Source: an uncultured Desulfospira sp. (GTDB lineage Bacteria; Desulfobacterota; Desulfobacteria; Desulfobacterales; Desulfobacteraceae). Taken from it: 64,000 nt of DNA. The position numbers were made by a program, and so were the translations under genes. The notes below the pieces were generated by a model. The model did not search any database and was not told the DNA's origin. It worked only from the letters and a program-made list of their open reading frames with translations. How positions within the stretch are numbered: the stretch's first letter is position 1; each line of letters opens with the position of its first letter. Shown piece by piece: positions 41,579 through 51,335 of this stretch. The stretch spans positions 2,272,001-2,336,000 of the forward strand of contig OY760175.1 in the NCBI GenBank assembly GCA_963663165.1, read 5' to 3'.

Positions 41579-43936
41579 CTATTGTCGATTTTTATATTTT
41601 CCAATCAAATCGTTTAAAGTTTTCAAGAATGAATTGAGGTATTCTTCATCAACAGTGTGATTGTCTGTGTTCTTTAATAAGTTCTGTACCGTTCTCAAAT
41701 CAGTTTTGACCTCATCATATGAAAACTTTAGCGCATGATTATTTCTGATACTTCCCAACAAAAGAAAAAGCATATAAAAATCCACTAATGACCTTTTTCT
41801 AAAGCCTTTTTGTCCTTTCCGCTCTAAACCAAATAAGCTATTGAGTTTATCTTTTTGATCACTATTCTTTAAAAGAAGATTTAAATTTTCTATAAAGGTT
41901 TCAACTTTCCGAATACTCGTAATGAATTTTCGTTTTTCAAGTTCTTTTACTGATAGGCTTTCTAATGTTACTGAGATACTTTTCTTTTCTTTAATACGAC
42001 AATTTAATTTTTCTTCTCTTTTATAAACGCCTAAACTGTTTAAATAGTCTTTTTTATAAGCGATATAAGATAGCATAGTTATCATTTCTTCATTGAGCAT
42101 TCGATCTTTTGTTCCGTCTTTCCGACGCACTTTTATGTAAAACCAATCAATATGTTTGTCAGTTATTGTTCTAATCGTTTCAATTACATCTTTATCGAGG
42201 AAGGAATTCCACATTTCAAAAGAATTTTCTTTTATCGGATAGGGTTTGTTATTCAACCTGATAAATAGATCCACAGGGTCAAAGTCTGGATTCAGTTTAG
42301 AATCAATTTCAATAGTTTGTATCTTAAAGTCCAGAATTTTATCTTGAATGTCTGTGTCTAAATCGTCAAATTTTTTGTTGTTAAACTCTTTAAGAATCTT
42401 TAGTTTACCCAAAGAATAGTTAGAATTGCTTGTGTAAAACAGATTCCCTTTTTCATCTCTATATTGTTTCCCTAAAAAACCAAGAATGGAAAGTAGTCTT
42501 TGTTGACCATCTACCAATTCTTTCGTTTTATCCTCATTTTTAAATATAAAAATAGGGGGTAAATTTATACCTAAAAGAATACTTTCTATGATCGCAGAAG
42601 ATTTATAAATAGAGATTTTTTCTTGCCTTTGATAAGAGGGTCTTAAAAGATATTTTTGTGTCCTCAAATCACTCATTAATTCATCAACTGGAACAACTGA
42701 AGGGTCAGGTTTGTTAGCTCGGAGGCTTTCAAGTTCTTGAATTTTTAATTTCGCATCTGTTTCACTTTGTCTTAGTTTTTTAATCTTCTTTTTAAATTTT
42801 GCATCTTTTATGTAAATTGAAAAATTTACATCATATCTTTTTTCGAAAAAATTGGCTGTATCTTGGAATCGACTTATAATAGGCTTGTACTGGAAACTAT
42901 TGTCAGCAAGGTAGAGCCTGGAATTGTTTGAATAATGACTTTCTATAGAGCGGCAATCCTCTTTTTGAAAAGAAATGATTTCGCCACCATCTTTTTTTTC
43001 TTTCGATAGAATATCTATGGCCCACAAAATACATTCATAAATTAATTTGTTATTTTTAATCTCGTCATCAGACATGTTATTTCGGACTTCAATTACAAGT
43101 TCTAATTTTTCCAAAAAACTATTGCAAAAAGCATCTATCTCATCTGTGTTTTCTCTCAAAAAATCATAATATAGTTGAAGAATTTCTGTACGGTTATTCC
43201 CAGCAGCATAAGATGTTATTGGAAATTTTGTTAACACCATAAATTTACGCAGAAACTGCAATACTAATGCCATCTCACTGGAACTTTTTTGTCCTCGCGG
43301 CCCCAAAAAACAATCAACAATATTTTTTAGCAGGACTTTGTTTTTTAGCAACTTGCCTCTTAGGTAATTTGTGATATCATCTTCGTCATATTTTGCGTTG
43401 TCAATCTCGGACGTGTTTAAAGGAGTTATACCTGAATTATATCTCCTGAAGATTTCTTTTTTAATTTTATCTTCAACAATCGGATCTAATTGTGGTTCAT
43501 TTATAACTTCAAATTCGAAAATTCGAATTTTGGCTGAGTCTAAAATATCCACTATGTCAGAATCTAGTTTATTAAATGTTGATTTTTGAAGTTGTGGTAA
43601 TTTTAGCAAACCTTGAAGAGAAAGTGCTATCTCGTTTCGTTTAAACCTTTTAATAGTTTCAAATCGTTGTCTTCCATCTATCACCTCAATTTTACCATTG
43701 GAGTTAAAAAAAATTAAAGGGGGGATATCGGTCCCTAAAATTATACTTTCAATAAAAAAAGTTGCTTTATTTTTATCCCACACATAATTTCGCTGATAAT
43801 ATGGATCATATTTGATTTTTCGAGACAGTCTTTCTCCAAACAGTGTTTTAATAGACATCGAGTATGAGGTGATTTTTAAATGGCTTTTAAAAATTTTCTC
43901 AAATTCCTTCTGGTTTAGATAAAGTTCTTTTTCCAT
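41579..43936 (-). CDS. Tandem DUF262 (ParB/Srx-like) protein, candidate anti-phage
   Basis: Two complete motif sets: PYYQRNYVW...FIESIILG..IPPL...IDGRQR...IFRRYNSG and PSYQRQ...IIESILLG.NLPPI...VDGQQR...LFIRLN; very AT-rich. Confidence 0.85.
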   Translation of the reverse strand: MEKELYLNQKEFEKIFKSHLKITSYSMSIKTLFGERLSRKIKYDPYYQRNYVWDKNKATFFIESIILGTDIPPLIFFNSNGKIEVIDGRQRFETIKRFKRNEIALSLQGLLKLPQLQKSTFNKLDSDIVDILDSAKIRIFEFEVINEPQLDPIVEDKIKKEIFRRYNSGITPLNTSEIDNAKYDEDDITNYLRGKLLKNKVLLKNIVDCFLGPRGQKSSSEMALVLQFLRKFMVLTKFPITSYAAGNNRTEILQLYYDFLRENTDEIDAFCNSFLEKLELVIEVRNNMSDDEIKNNKLIYECILWAIDILSKEKKDGGEIISFQKEDCRSIESHYSNNSRLYLADNSFQYKPIISRFQDTANFFEKRYDVNFSIYIKDAKFKKKIKKLRQSETDAKLKIQELESLRANKPDPSVVPVDELMSDLRTQKYLLRPSYQRQEKISIYKSSAIIESILLGINLPPIFIFKNEDKTKELVDGQQRLLSILGFLGKQYRDEKGNLFYTSNSNYSLGKLKILKEFNNKKFDDLDTDIQDKILDFKIQTIEIDSKLNPDFDPVDLFIRLNNKPYPIKENSFEMWNSFLDKDVIETIRTITDKHIDWFYIKVRRKDGTKDRMLNEEMITMLSYIAYKKDYLNSLGVYKREEKLNCRIKEKKSISVTLESLSVKELEKRKFITSIRKVETFIENLNLLLKNSDQKDKLNSLFGLERKGQKGFRKRSLVDFYMLFLLLGSIRNNHALKFSYDEVKTDLRTVQNLLKNTDNHTVDEEYLNSFLKTLNDLIGKYKNRQ

Positions 43937-43948
43937 AAAAAACCTATA

Positions 43949-45250
43949 TTAATTTTGATCCATTGTTATGTTTATTGAGTTATCAGAAATGATTAAATAG
44001 CTTAATTCATAGTCATTAATTTTCACCTCTGTATTGAATTTTGCATCCTCGAACCTTGAAATTGCCATAATATCATAGATGAGAAAGTTAAGAAAAAGAG
44101 AGAACGTTTGAATCGAATAGTTAAAATAGTCATGGAAACGAAAATCGTAATCATCGGACAAATGGACCTTTAGGGATATCTGATTTAAATCAATCATTGT
44201 TAGCTCAAAAATTGAATTGAGGGCCGGATGATTTTGGGAAATGTTGATCACTTCTCCTTCAAACAACTTATATTTTTCTTTCTTTCCTTGGTTAATACAT
44301 ACAGCCAACATTTGCACAAACCAATTATGAAATAAAAGAATATTTTTGTGATCGGGTGTTAAATATTTTTTATACATAACTTTTAAGGTCGGAGGCAAAT
44401 GTTTGAGAAGATTGTATTTTAAAATGAAAGGTTGGAAGTTCCTGCCATATACAGTATGAGCGTTATAGAACAACATAAGCAACTCTTGCTCTCTAAGTTG
44501 AGAACGAACAATTTTTGCATAAAAAAATTGCTCTTTATCTGTTAGACTTGAGGAGTCTTCAATAAATCTAACAATTCTATACAACGATCTAAAATAATGC
44601 GCAAAACTATTTTTATCTTGAAAATAAATATCTTCATATACTTCGATAGATGCAGTATGTAATGTCTGAGGATCGTTTTCATTATCTTCATTAACCTGAA
44701 ATCTTTGGCATAGACTATCTACATTGTTTTCAAAAAATTTTTGAGTGCTGTACAGATCGCGGGTTATATCGGTATAGACATTCAACAAAGCGAAGAATGT
44801 TGATTCAAATTGTTGTTTTTTAAGTATTTTTGACTGGGTGGTATATATTTTCCGGGAAGCTTCTAATTCTTTTGTTTGAAAGCTAAATTCTTTTGATTGA
44901 AGCTGAAGTGCTTCAATTTGTTTTTCAAGAGCATCTCGATTAATTTGAATATCTTTTCTTTGCTCCTTTAACGCTATATAGAAGAGGATTACCCCTGCTA
45001 AAGCCCAAATTGAACCAACAACACCTGTAATAAAATCGCCAAATTGACCAAATGCTTCTTTATTGATAGGTACACTAGCATCCAAGATCGGCTCTTTCCA
45101 TATATAAAAAAAAGGAGCGGCCAAAAATATACATACGCCAATGCCAATTAGAATGTATGTGCATTTTTCATTTAGCAAAATACGCCTCTTTCCGAATTTT
45201 AATTTTGCTTTAAGCTTGTTTCTTGTAACAAAAGATATTACGGCTAACAA
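43949..45250 (-). CDS. Putative phage abortive-infection family protein with two N-terminal TM helices
   Basis: GQFGDFITG TM region, coiled coil, QQFESTFFALL, HYFRSLYRIVRFI, YAKIVRSQL..ELLMLFYN, KYNLLKHL. Start uncertain; TTG at 45178 has a better RBS. Confidence 0.75.
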   Translation of the reverse strand: MLAVISFVTRNKLKAKLKFGKRRILLNEKCTYILIGIGVCIFLAAPFFYIWKEPILDASVPINKEAFGQFGDFITGVVGSIWALAGVILFYIALKEQRKDIQINRDALEKQIEALQLQSKEFSFQTKELEASRKIYTTQSKILKKQQFESTFFALLNVYTDITRDLYSTQKFFENNVDSLCQRFQVNEDNENDPQTLHTASIEVYEDIYFQDKNSFAHYFRSLYRIVRFIEDSSSLTDKEQFFYAKIVRSQLREQELLMLFYNAHTVYGRNFQPFILKYNLLKHLPPTLKVMYKKYLTPDHKNILLFHNWFVQMLAVCINQGKKEKYKLFEGEVINISQNHPALNSIFELTMIDLNQISLKVHLSDDYDFRFHDYFNYSIQTFSLFLNFLIYDIMAISRFEDAKFNTEVKINDYELSYLIISDNSINITMDQN

Positions 45251-45497
45251 TTCATCGAGTAAAGAAATATATTAAATTTTGCGTTAAAAAGAAATAGGGC
45301 CAAAGTGAACAATAATATTTAAGGACTCCCAAGCCAATTTTAAAACGGCGTTGGCTACTTTCGTTATTGCATGGATTGAAAATCTGCGAGATCGAATAAA
45401 GACTTCGAACAGACTCAGATTTTCGGTCAGACAACGCCACCAGACTTTCCATGTCATCCTGCTTAATTACTTCAGTTCATCTGCCGATACAAGACCT

Positions 45498-45716
45498 ATG
45501 GAAAGTTACGTAATCAAAAATTGCAAAGGATGTAATCTGCCTCTTCGTATCCCTGCAGATATTGGGGGAATGCTCATGCGTTGCCCGAACTGTGGGTATG
45601 AATTCCATACCGATTTCAAACTCGGTGCAAAAGTCCGAAGAGTTATAGCTGGCAAAGATCCCGGCCAGGTAACGCCCGCCCAAAGGCCCCCATCTACTTT
45701 TAAAATCATCGTGTAA
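45498..45716 (+). CDS. Small zinc-ribbon protein
   Basis: CKGC..LRIP...RCPNCGYEF. Confidence 0.55.
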   Translation: MESYVIKNCKGCNLPLRIPADIGGMLMRCPNCGYEFHTDFKLGAKVRRVIAGKDPGQVTPAQRPPSTFKIIV

Positions 45717-45843
45717 TCTCCGCAGCACCGCCAAAGGTTCCACCTGATATAGTCTGTCAGTTGAAGAAAACGATCTAACTTTGTAATATATTTGATCAAA
45801 GGCTGTTCCAAGGCAAAAAGGTAAAATTTTAAAGGAGAACATC

Positions 45844-46679
45844 ATGAAAGTATCAAATGCAATCGACACTTTTCTGAATTATCAAAAAATGAATTCAAAA
45901 AAAACACCATAAGAAATTATCGTTTCTTTCTGACACGGTTCAGAAAAGAATATGGTTTTTTTGAAATATCAGAAATCACATCCGAGCAGGTTATGATTTT
46001 TTTGACCAAGGTTACTGAGGGTCAAAAGCAATCAACGAAGAAACTTAAATTTTCCATGCTCACGTCATTCTTCAATTTTATCAAAGATTCATTTGATTCA
46101 ACGCTCTCAAATCCCTGTGACACCCCTATATTGAGAAAAACATTCAAAACAGCCAAGGGTAGGTCGTGGACAATTCTTGACAGGGACATTGTGGACGAAA
46201 TTATATTTAAGACAAATAATTCCAGAAACCGGTTGATGCTCGAACTGATGGCAAGAGGTGGGATGAGAGTTGGAGAGGTCCTGAAATTAAAAGCCAAGAA
46301 TGTGCACGGCAGAAAATTGGTTTTATCTGATCCGAAAAGCGGAAATCAGACTGAGATTGTTTTTATCCCTAAAAAAGTAGCGGACCGTTTACGAGAATAT
46401 ATCATCAACGTCAAGATAGGAGATGACCATAACGTGTTTCCATTTGGATACACCAGAGCCCGTGAAATAGTTCAAAATGCTGGGAAAATGATAAATTTGA
46501 ATTTGAATCCTCACGATCTTAGACGCCATGCCGCTACTTATGCAAGCAGATCAGGCGTTCCCATTGAAATCGTTTCAAAAATAATCCTCCGCCATGCGAA
46601 TCTTTCAACAACACAGCGGTATCTTGGGAAAGTCAGTGATACAGAGGCAATCCACTGGATTGATAATCTTTACAAATAA
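45844..46679 (+). CDS. Tyrosine recombinase/integrase requiring a -1 shift at an A8 run (45897-45904)
   Basis: AAGGAG RBS plus ATG 45844 gives MKVSNAIDTFLNYQKMNSKK, then TP-stop. The -1 frame continues NTIRNYRFFLTRF into the 45993 ORF with GMRVGEV, HDLRRH, LRH and TTQRY. Confidence 0.8.
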
Positions 46680-46812
46680 AATTTGGGGGACAGGTAAACG
46701 CCGGTCCCCGAGTTACTTTATAACACCATATCTTGTGCCAAGCCTTTGCTAAGATTCAAAAAATGTAACGCGGATACGCCAAATCAGCTACAAAATAATA
46801 TAACGGGAAGAT

Positions 46813-46880
46813 ATCCCGCCGCTTTACCCCGCCAATAAAATATATAAACCTTACCTCGCTTACCCCGCAGTTATCCCGCC
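46813..46880 (+). repeat. Five A(C/T)CCCGC-type direct repeats inside the transposon left end
   Basis: atcccgc 46813, accccgc 46826, acctcgc 46853, accccgc 46862, atcccgc 46873. Confidence 0.75.
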
Positions 46881-47057
46881 GCGAATTTTTTCGAAAAAAG
46901 CTTTGCCAATCTATTTGGAAGAAGTCAATACTTCCTTGATAAAAAAGGCTCGAAGCTGCAACTTCGAGCCTTCAATGTAGACATCCGAGTAGGTTACGGA
47001 AGCCACACCACCGTTTTTATCTAACCACGGCTTCCGTAATTTAGCAAGAGCGGAAGC

Positions 47058-47447
47058 ATGGAAATCGTTTTATTAAAACGTATCGAGTGTAAGCGATGTT
47101 TCCAAATTTTCTATGTGTGCCGCAGTTGCTGGCGGGGGCAGGCATATTGCTGTCAAGAATGCCGCCAGGAGGCCCGCAAAGAAGCGCACTGCAAAGCTCA
47201 AAAAAAATATCGACAAACGCCAAAAGGTAAAGAGGCCCACCGTCGTCAAGAAAAAAACAAAAGATTACGTCAAGCTGAAAAAACCATGGATGATACATCT
47301 ACTATACCCGGTGTAACCCATGATAGTGTCTCTCCCAAGCCATTATGTTCCGGCCCCTGTTGCCATTTTTGTGGGAAAATTGGTTGGGTTGTAGAGCATT
47401 TTCCCTGGCGCGGATATGCAAAACGACCTGTAAGGGCCAATCAATGA
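47058..47447 (+). CDS. Cys-rich basic protein (transposon accessory gene 1)
   Basis: CKRC...CRSCWRGQAYCCQEC, basic helix, C-terminal CHFC. Confidence 0.75.
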   Translation: MEIVLLKRIECKRCFQIFYVCRSCWRGQAYCCQECRQEARKEAHCKAQKKYRQTPKGKEAHRRQEKNKRLRQAEKTMDDTSTIPGVTHDSVSPKPLCSGPCCHFCGKIGWVVEHFPWRGYAKRPVRANQ

Positions 47448-47456
47448 AACATCTTA

Positions 47457-47861
47457 ATGGAGGATAAGACAATGAAAAAAGAAATATTGACAGGCCATTG
47501 CAACAAAATGAAAAACAGATTTTCATCCCGGGAGCTATTTAAACTGAGAAACGATATCCCTGTGGATATGCTGATCCGTGACCATTTACAGATTCCATCC
47601 AAAATCAGGGATGGTGTTTTCCGGTTTTTATGTCCTTTGTGCAATGAGTTTCAAACCGCTGTAAATCCAGCCACCAATCTGGCCAGGTGTTTTCGGTGTG
47701 AGAAGAATTTCAACACCATTGATCTGGTCATGGAAGTCAAGGGATATGGATTCAGGGACAGTGTATTTTTTTTGAAAGAACTGGATGCGGTCTCCTATGT
47801 CCCGGCAAATGTGTTGACGTCTCTTGCCACCGGTATCGGTCAACCCTGGCCTGGGAAGTAA
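47457..47861 (+). CDS. Stand-alone CHC2-type (primase-like) zinc-finger protein
   Basis: FLCPLCNE...ARCFRCEKNFNTIDLVMEVKGYGFRDSV resembles the DnaG zinc-binding domain; exact start uncertain. Confidence 0.8.
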   Translation: MEDKTMKKEILTGHCNKMKNRFSSRELFKLRNDIPVDMLIRDHLQIPSKIRDGVFRFLCPLCNEFQTAVNPATNLARCFRCEKNFNTIDLVMEVKGYGFRDSVFFLKELDAVSYVPANVLTSLATGIGQPWPGK

Positions 47862-47863
47862 AG

Positions 47864-48418
47864 ATGAAACGGCTGCTTCAACTGGAGACCCTTATTGCCC
47901 GTAATCAGGAGAGTTTCTATAAGATCGGTCAGGCGTTAAAAGAAATCCGTGACAGCCGCCTGTACAAACTGGCCCTGTTTGAGACATTTGAAGCATATAC
48001 CAGGGAACGGTGGGATATGGGCAAGTCCCATGCATACCGCCTGATCAAATCTTATGAAGTGATCTATAATTTGTCCCCAATTGGGGACAAAACACCTGCC
48101 AATGAATCCCAGGTCCGGCCTCTTGCTCAATTGGACCCCCTGGACCAGCGCAACACCTGGAAGGCAATCATAGACAACGGTATTGAGTTAACCGCACGGA
48201 ACATCAAAAAATTTGTAGAGGCCCAAAAAATACCCCCGGAGAACAAACCGGATTTGGCGGAACGGATTTCGGCTGAATACATGGCAGCCGTACATGCAAT
48301 GATTGAACAGGTGCGGGTGGCCCAGCATGATCATTGGCAGCAAACGTCCCGGCAGGCTGCATTGTTGTGGCACAGGGTGATCCGCGAAAAAATTTTATCA
48401 AAAGGGGCAAGACAATGA
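47864..48418 (+). CDS. Helical putative DNA-binding protein (DUF3102/ParB-HTH-like)
   Basis: FYKIGQALKEIRDSRLY...TFEAYTRERWDMGKSHAYRLI...NESQVRPL. Confidence 0.65.
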   Translation: MKRLLQLETLIARNQESFYKIGQALKEIRDSRLYKLALFETFEAYTRERWDMGKSHAYRLIKSYEVIYNLSPIGDKTPANESQVRPLAQLDPLDQRNTWKAIIDNGIELTARNIKKFVEAQKIPPENKPDLAERISAEYMAAVHAMIEQVRVAQHDHWQQTSRQAALLWHRVIREKILSKGARQ

Positions 48419-50082
48419 AGAACCTGAGCCTTGATGACCGTTTTTATTTGCTGCTCCATAAAAAAATCATGAATAAAACCGGATCAGCCAAAAGAAGGTC
48501 CAAAAAATATTACAAAGACCAGTACAGGAAAACCGGCATTATCCCGACGCCCCTTCTACTGGTTGAAAAAGGGATTATGGACGGCCGCAAATGCAGCGGC
48601 CGGCCCCGGTCCATAGATGAACAAACCAAAAGGCGGTTTATCGAAATGGTCAAGGCCTCCTGTGACCCGTCATCCCAGGGGTTTATTTTTATTACCCGAA
48701 AAGCCAGAACCATTAAAAATTACCACTATTGGCTTGAAAGAGAATTGGGAAAAACCATCAGCCTTCCGGCACTCAGGCGATGTGCCCAAAGGGAAGGCCT
48801 TAAATTTTACCTGGAAAAAGAAGATTTTGAAGAAAATGCCCCGGTGAAAAACGCATTCAAGCCTGTTCCGGTGTTTGGCCTGATACAGGTAGACGGTTGC
48901 AACTTTCGATATTTAAAAATCAAAAATGAGGCTGGCCACTGGCAAAAACCCCAAGTCATTGAAACGTTTGATACCGGTTCCCGGTACATGTTTGAACTTG
49001 ATGCCTATTTCGATGAAAGCAGCTTAAGCTCAGTGGATTTGTTTAACCGGTTTTTGCTTTCCACCCCATTTCCCCAGAAGAAAGTCCGGTTCAGGCCGGA
49101 TAACGCCACAGGATTTGTAAATCTCAAAAGAGTCATCAACGCCTTGAATATAAAACATTCCGTTCCCGGAGGATTTTATCTGGCGCCGGATTTTTCAAGG
49201 GTAAGTGCCCCCAGGGACAAGGCCCATCTTGAGTCCTCCCATCGCAGTCTTCATAATTTTGAAATCCGAATCATCAAGGCGTTTGAAGACAGGATTGTAA
49301 AGACCGTTCCAGGGGTTATCTTCAATAATAAGAAAAAAGAAAAAATCACTGTGACACTCCTTGATATTACACTCCGGGATTTAAGACACAGCCCCCTGAT
49401 AAAAGAATACCGCCACGAACATAACCACACCAAACATTATTTTAGCGAAAATGGAAAGATCAGTGCATGGGTTCCGGCACAAAAGCTGGAAGAATTTTTA
49501 TCAAGGCAAGCCGATATCCTTACCTTTTCACCGGATGAGGTGCAGGAATATATGAAGTATGGCTACAGGAAAATAAAAGCCACTGTATCTAACAAAAGAA
49601 CCATTCGCCATGACAACCGGATCTATTGTGTAACCAGTGGTACAGACCGGTTCAGCAGGCATAAAAGTACACCGGTGCAAATATCAGTATATAAGGGCAA
49701 GCTGTTTATTTTTGAACGGGGGGAAGACGGCATACTATTGGGCGAAGCCCTTGCCACAAAGCCGTTTGACAAACCACCTGACCCAAAATCTGTACCAGTG
49801 GCCCCGGATGAACTCGACATGATGATCATTTTTCTGGAAAAGCACAACATGGCCGTCGACCGGCGAGTCTTAATTGAAGCTTATCATAGCGGCCTCACTC
49901 TGGCCCGGGCTCAACAAGTGCTTCATCATAATCAATCCAGGTACAAGAATTATATGAAAAAGATGCGGCAACCTGAAACACAGAAAAAGCAGGCGGTATT
50001 CAATGCCTTTATGCTTGACTGCCGGAAATTGATCAATACAAACCATGTGGCCACGTATGCATCCTGCGGAGATTTAACATGA
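48415..50082 (+). CDS. DDE transposase/integrase (rve; Mu/TnsB/IS21-like)
   Basis: SGRPRS HTH region, LIQVDG, ETFDTGSR, RPDNATGF, KAHLESSHRSL; ATG 48415 overlaps the upstream stop. Confidence 0.8.
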   Translation: MKNLSLDDRFYLLLHKKIMNKTGSAKRRSKKYYKDQYRKTGIIPTPLLLVEKGIMDGRKCSGRPRSIDEQTKRRFIEMVKASCDPSSQGFIFITRKARTIKNYHYWLERELGKTISLPALRRCAQREGLKFYLEKEDFEENAPVKNAFKPVPVFGLIQVDGCNFRYLKIKNEAGHWQKPQVIETFDTGSRYMFELDAYFDESSLSSVDLFNRFLLSTPFPQKKVRFRPDNATGFVNLKRVINALNIKHSVPGGFYLAPDFSRVSAPRDKAHLESSHRSLHNFEIRIIKAFEDRIVKTVPGVIFNNKKKEKITVTLLDITLRDLRHSPLIKEYRHEHNHTKHYFSENGKISAWVPAQKLEEFLSRQADILTFSPDEVQEYMKYGYRKIKATVSNKRTIRHDNRIYCVTSGTDRFSRHKSTPVQISVYKGKLFIFERGEDGILLGEALATKPFDKPPDPKSVPVAPDELDMMIIFLEKHNMAVDRRVLIEAYHSGLTLARAQQVLHHNQSRYKNYMKKMRQPETQKKQAVFNAFMLDCRKLINTNHVATYASCGDLT

Positions 50083-50741
50083 AGGCAGATTTTATCAGTG
50101 ACAAACGAAGGGTATCATACCTGAGCGCCACTTATAGCCGGATCTACCGGGGCCGGAGCGTACTCATTGAGGGAGATTTTGGAGCGGGAAAAACCAGGTT
50201 TTTAAAACTGCTTCGTCCCAAAAAACTTCATGCCGTATGGGTAGAGTCCCTGTTCAACATACACGAAACCCTGGCATCCATACTCAAAGAATTGAACTAT
50301 GACACCACAGCCACATATCGCAGAACTCCCCAGTACCTGAAAATGATCTGCAACCTGTCCAACTGCTTTATTATTATTGATGAGGCCAATGATCTGGATA
50401 CCAGGGTCTGGCCATATCTTAAGCGGATCATTGATGCCGGTGTTCCTATTGTTTTTGCAGGGCTTCCAAAGGTCAGGACCTATTTGATTCGCAATCACCC
50501 TGATATCCTCAGCCGGTTGAAAACCCTGATTTTATATCCCATAGAGGTTGAGGGCTTTATCGAACAATATAAAGATATCCAGCAGGAAGCCGTTGAGCAA
50601 ATTTATATGGCGGTCAAAGGCGACATGCGTAAATTTAAAGAAATCTGTACTGACTGCCGGGACAAGGCAAAGGAATTGAACCACCAATTTGTTGACATTA
50701 ATCTTGCCCTGGAGTTTATATCTGACCTTCCTCCCCAGTAA
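50079..50741 (+). CDS. AAA+ ATPase (MuB/TnsC/ExeA-like transposition helper)
   Basis: Walker A GDFGAGKT, Walker B IIIDEA, VFAGLP, LSRL, GDMR; ATGA-coupled to the transposase. Confidence 0.88.
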   Translation: MKADFISDKRRVSYLSATYSRIYRGRSVLIEGDFGAGKTRFLKLLRPKKLHAVWVESLFNIHETLASILKELNYDTTATYRRTPQYLKMICNLSNCFIIIDEANDLDTRVWPYLKRIIDAGVPIVFAGLPKVRTYLIRNHPDILSRLKTLILYPIEVEGFIEQYKDIQQEAVEQIYMAVKGDMRKFKEICTDCRDKAKELNHQFVDINLALEFISDLPPQ

Positions 50742-50763
50742 TCCCTGAAAAGTAGATCCGTAA

Positions 50764-50803
50764 AAACAGGCCACTTCTGATTTAACCGGAAGATGGCCTG
50801 TTT
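50764..50803 (+). terminator. Hairpin after the ATPase gene
   Basis: aaacaggcca cttc ... gaag a tggcctgttt. Confidence 0.55.
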
Positions 50804-51335
50804 ATATTTTGACCTTAATTGATTAACGCAATTTTTCGCCTGGATATACCTGTGAAAATCAGGGAACCACAGATTGTTTTTGAATCTTTTTTGAACCGTT
50901 ACATTAATTTGCAACTTTCAATATTTTTGACTGCCAACCTAACCTACTAAATTTATATGAAAAACCATTTCTTTTTTGAAATAATGAACGAAAAAAAATC
51001 CGTTACATTATTTGAATGTGAGCAAGCCTTTATGATAAGGCGATGGAGACTACAAACGCTAAGGCTCACCCTCGAATTGTGGGAGGCCGAAGGACTGAAA
51101 AAAGAATTGAACGGCGTTATTGACAAGGGTTCAGGTCCACAATGATACCATTATGTTGCGAGTGGGTCTAACCTGTTAAATTTAAAGGCGATTTTAGCTA
51201 TTCACATTGCAAATCAATATTGTATTAAAATTCAACACGTTAAAAGTTATTTTAGAAATTTTAAAGATCAGTGGCAACATAATTTTTTGTTTTACTACAT
51301 ACCCCTCCAAAGCTAGCAAAAGCTGCTTCAGTGGT

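Larger units (their letters stand above)
46747..51024 (+). mobile_element. 4,278-bp DDE transposon with TG..CA ends, 24-bp TIRs and 6-bp TSD AGCCTT
   Basis: Left end tgctaagattcaaaaaatgtaacg; right end cgttacattatttgaatgtgagca (21/24 complementary); AGCCTT at 46741-46746 and 51025-51030; inner copies of the end motif at 46787-46806 and 50896-50915. Confidence 0.88.

Noticed and set aside
45844..46679. Integrase as an integron integrase with attC cassettes nearby
   Set aside because: It is short and lacks the IntI-specific insertion, and I could not build convincing attC R/L box pairs in the flanking intergenic DNA.
46747..51024. Transposon as a Tn7-like or CRISPR-associated transposon
   Set aside because: No TnsA, TniQ, Cas gene or array is present, and the TSD is 6 bp rather than 5 bp.
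50957..51145. 62-aa ORF between the transposon and RIT element 1
   Set aside because: It crosses the transposon right end at 51024, so it is probably a chance junction ORF.
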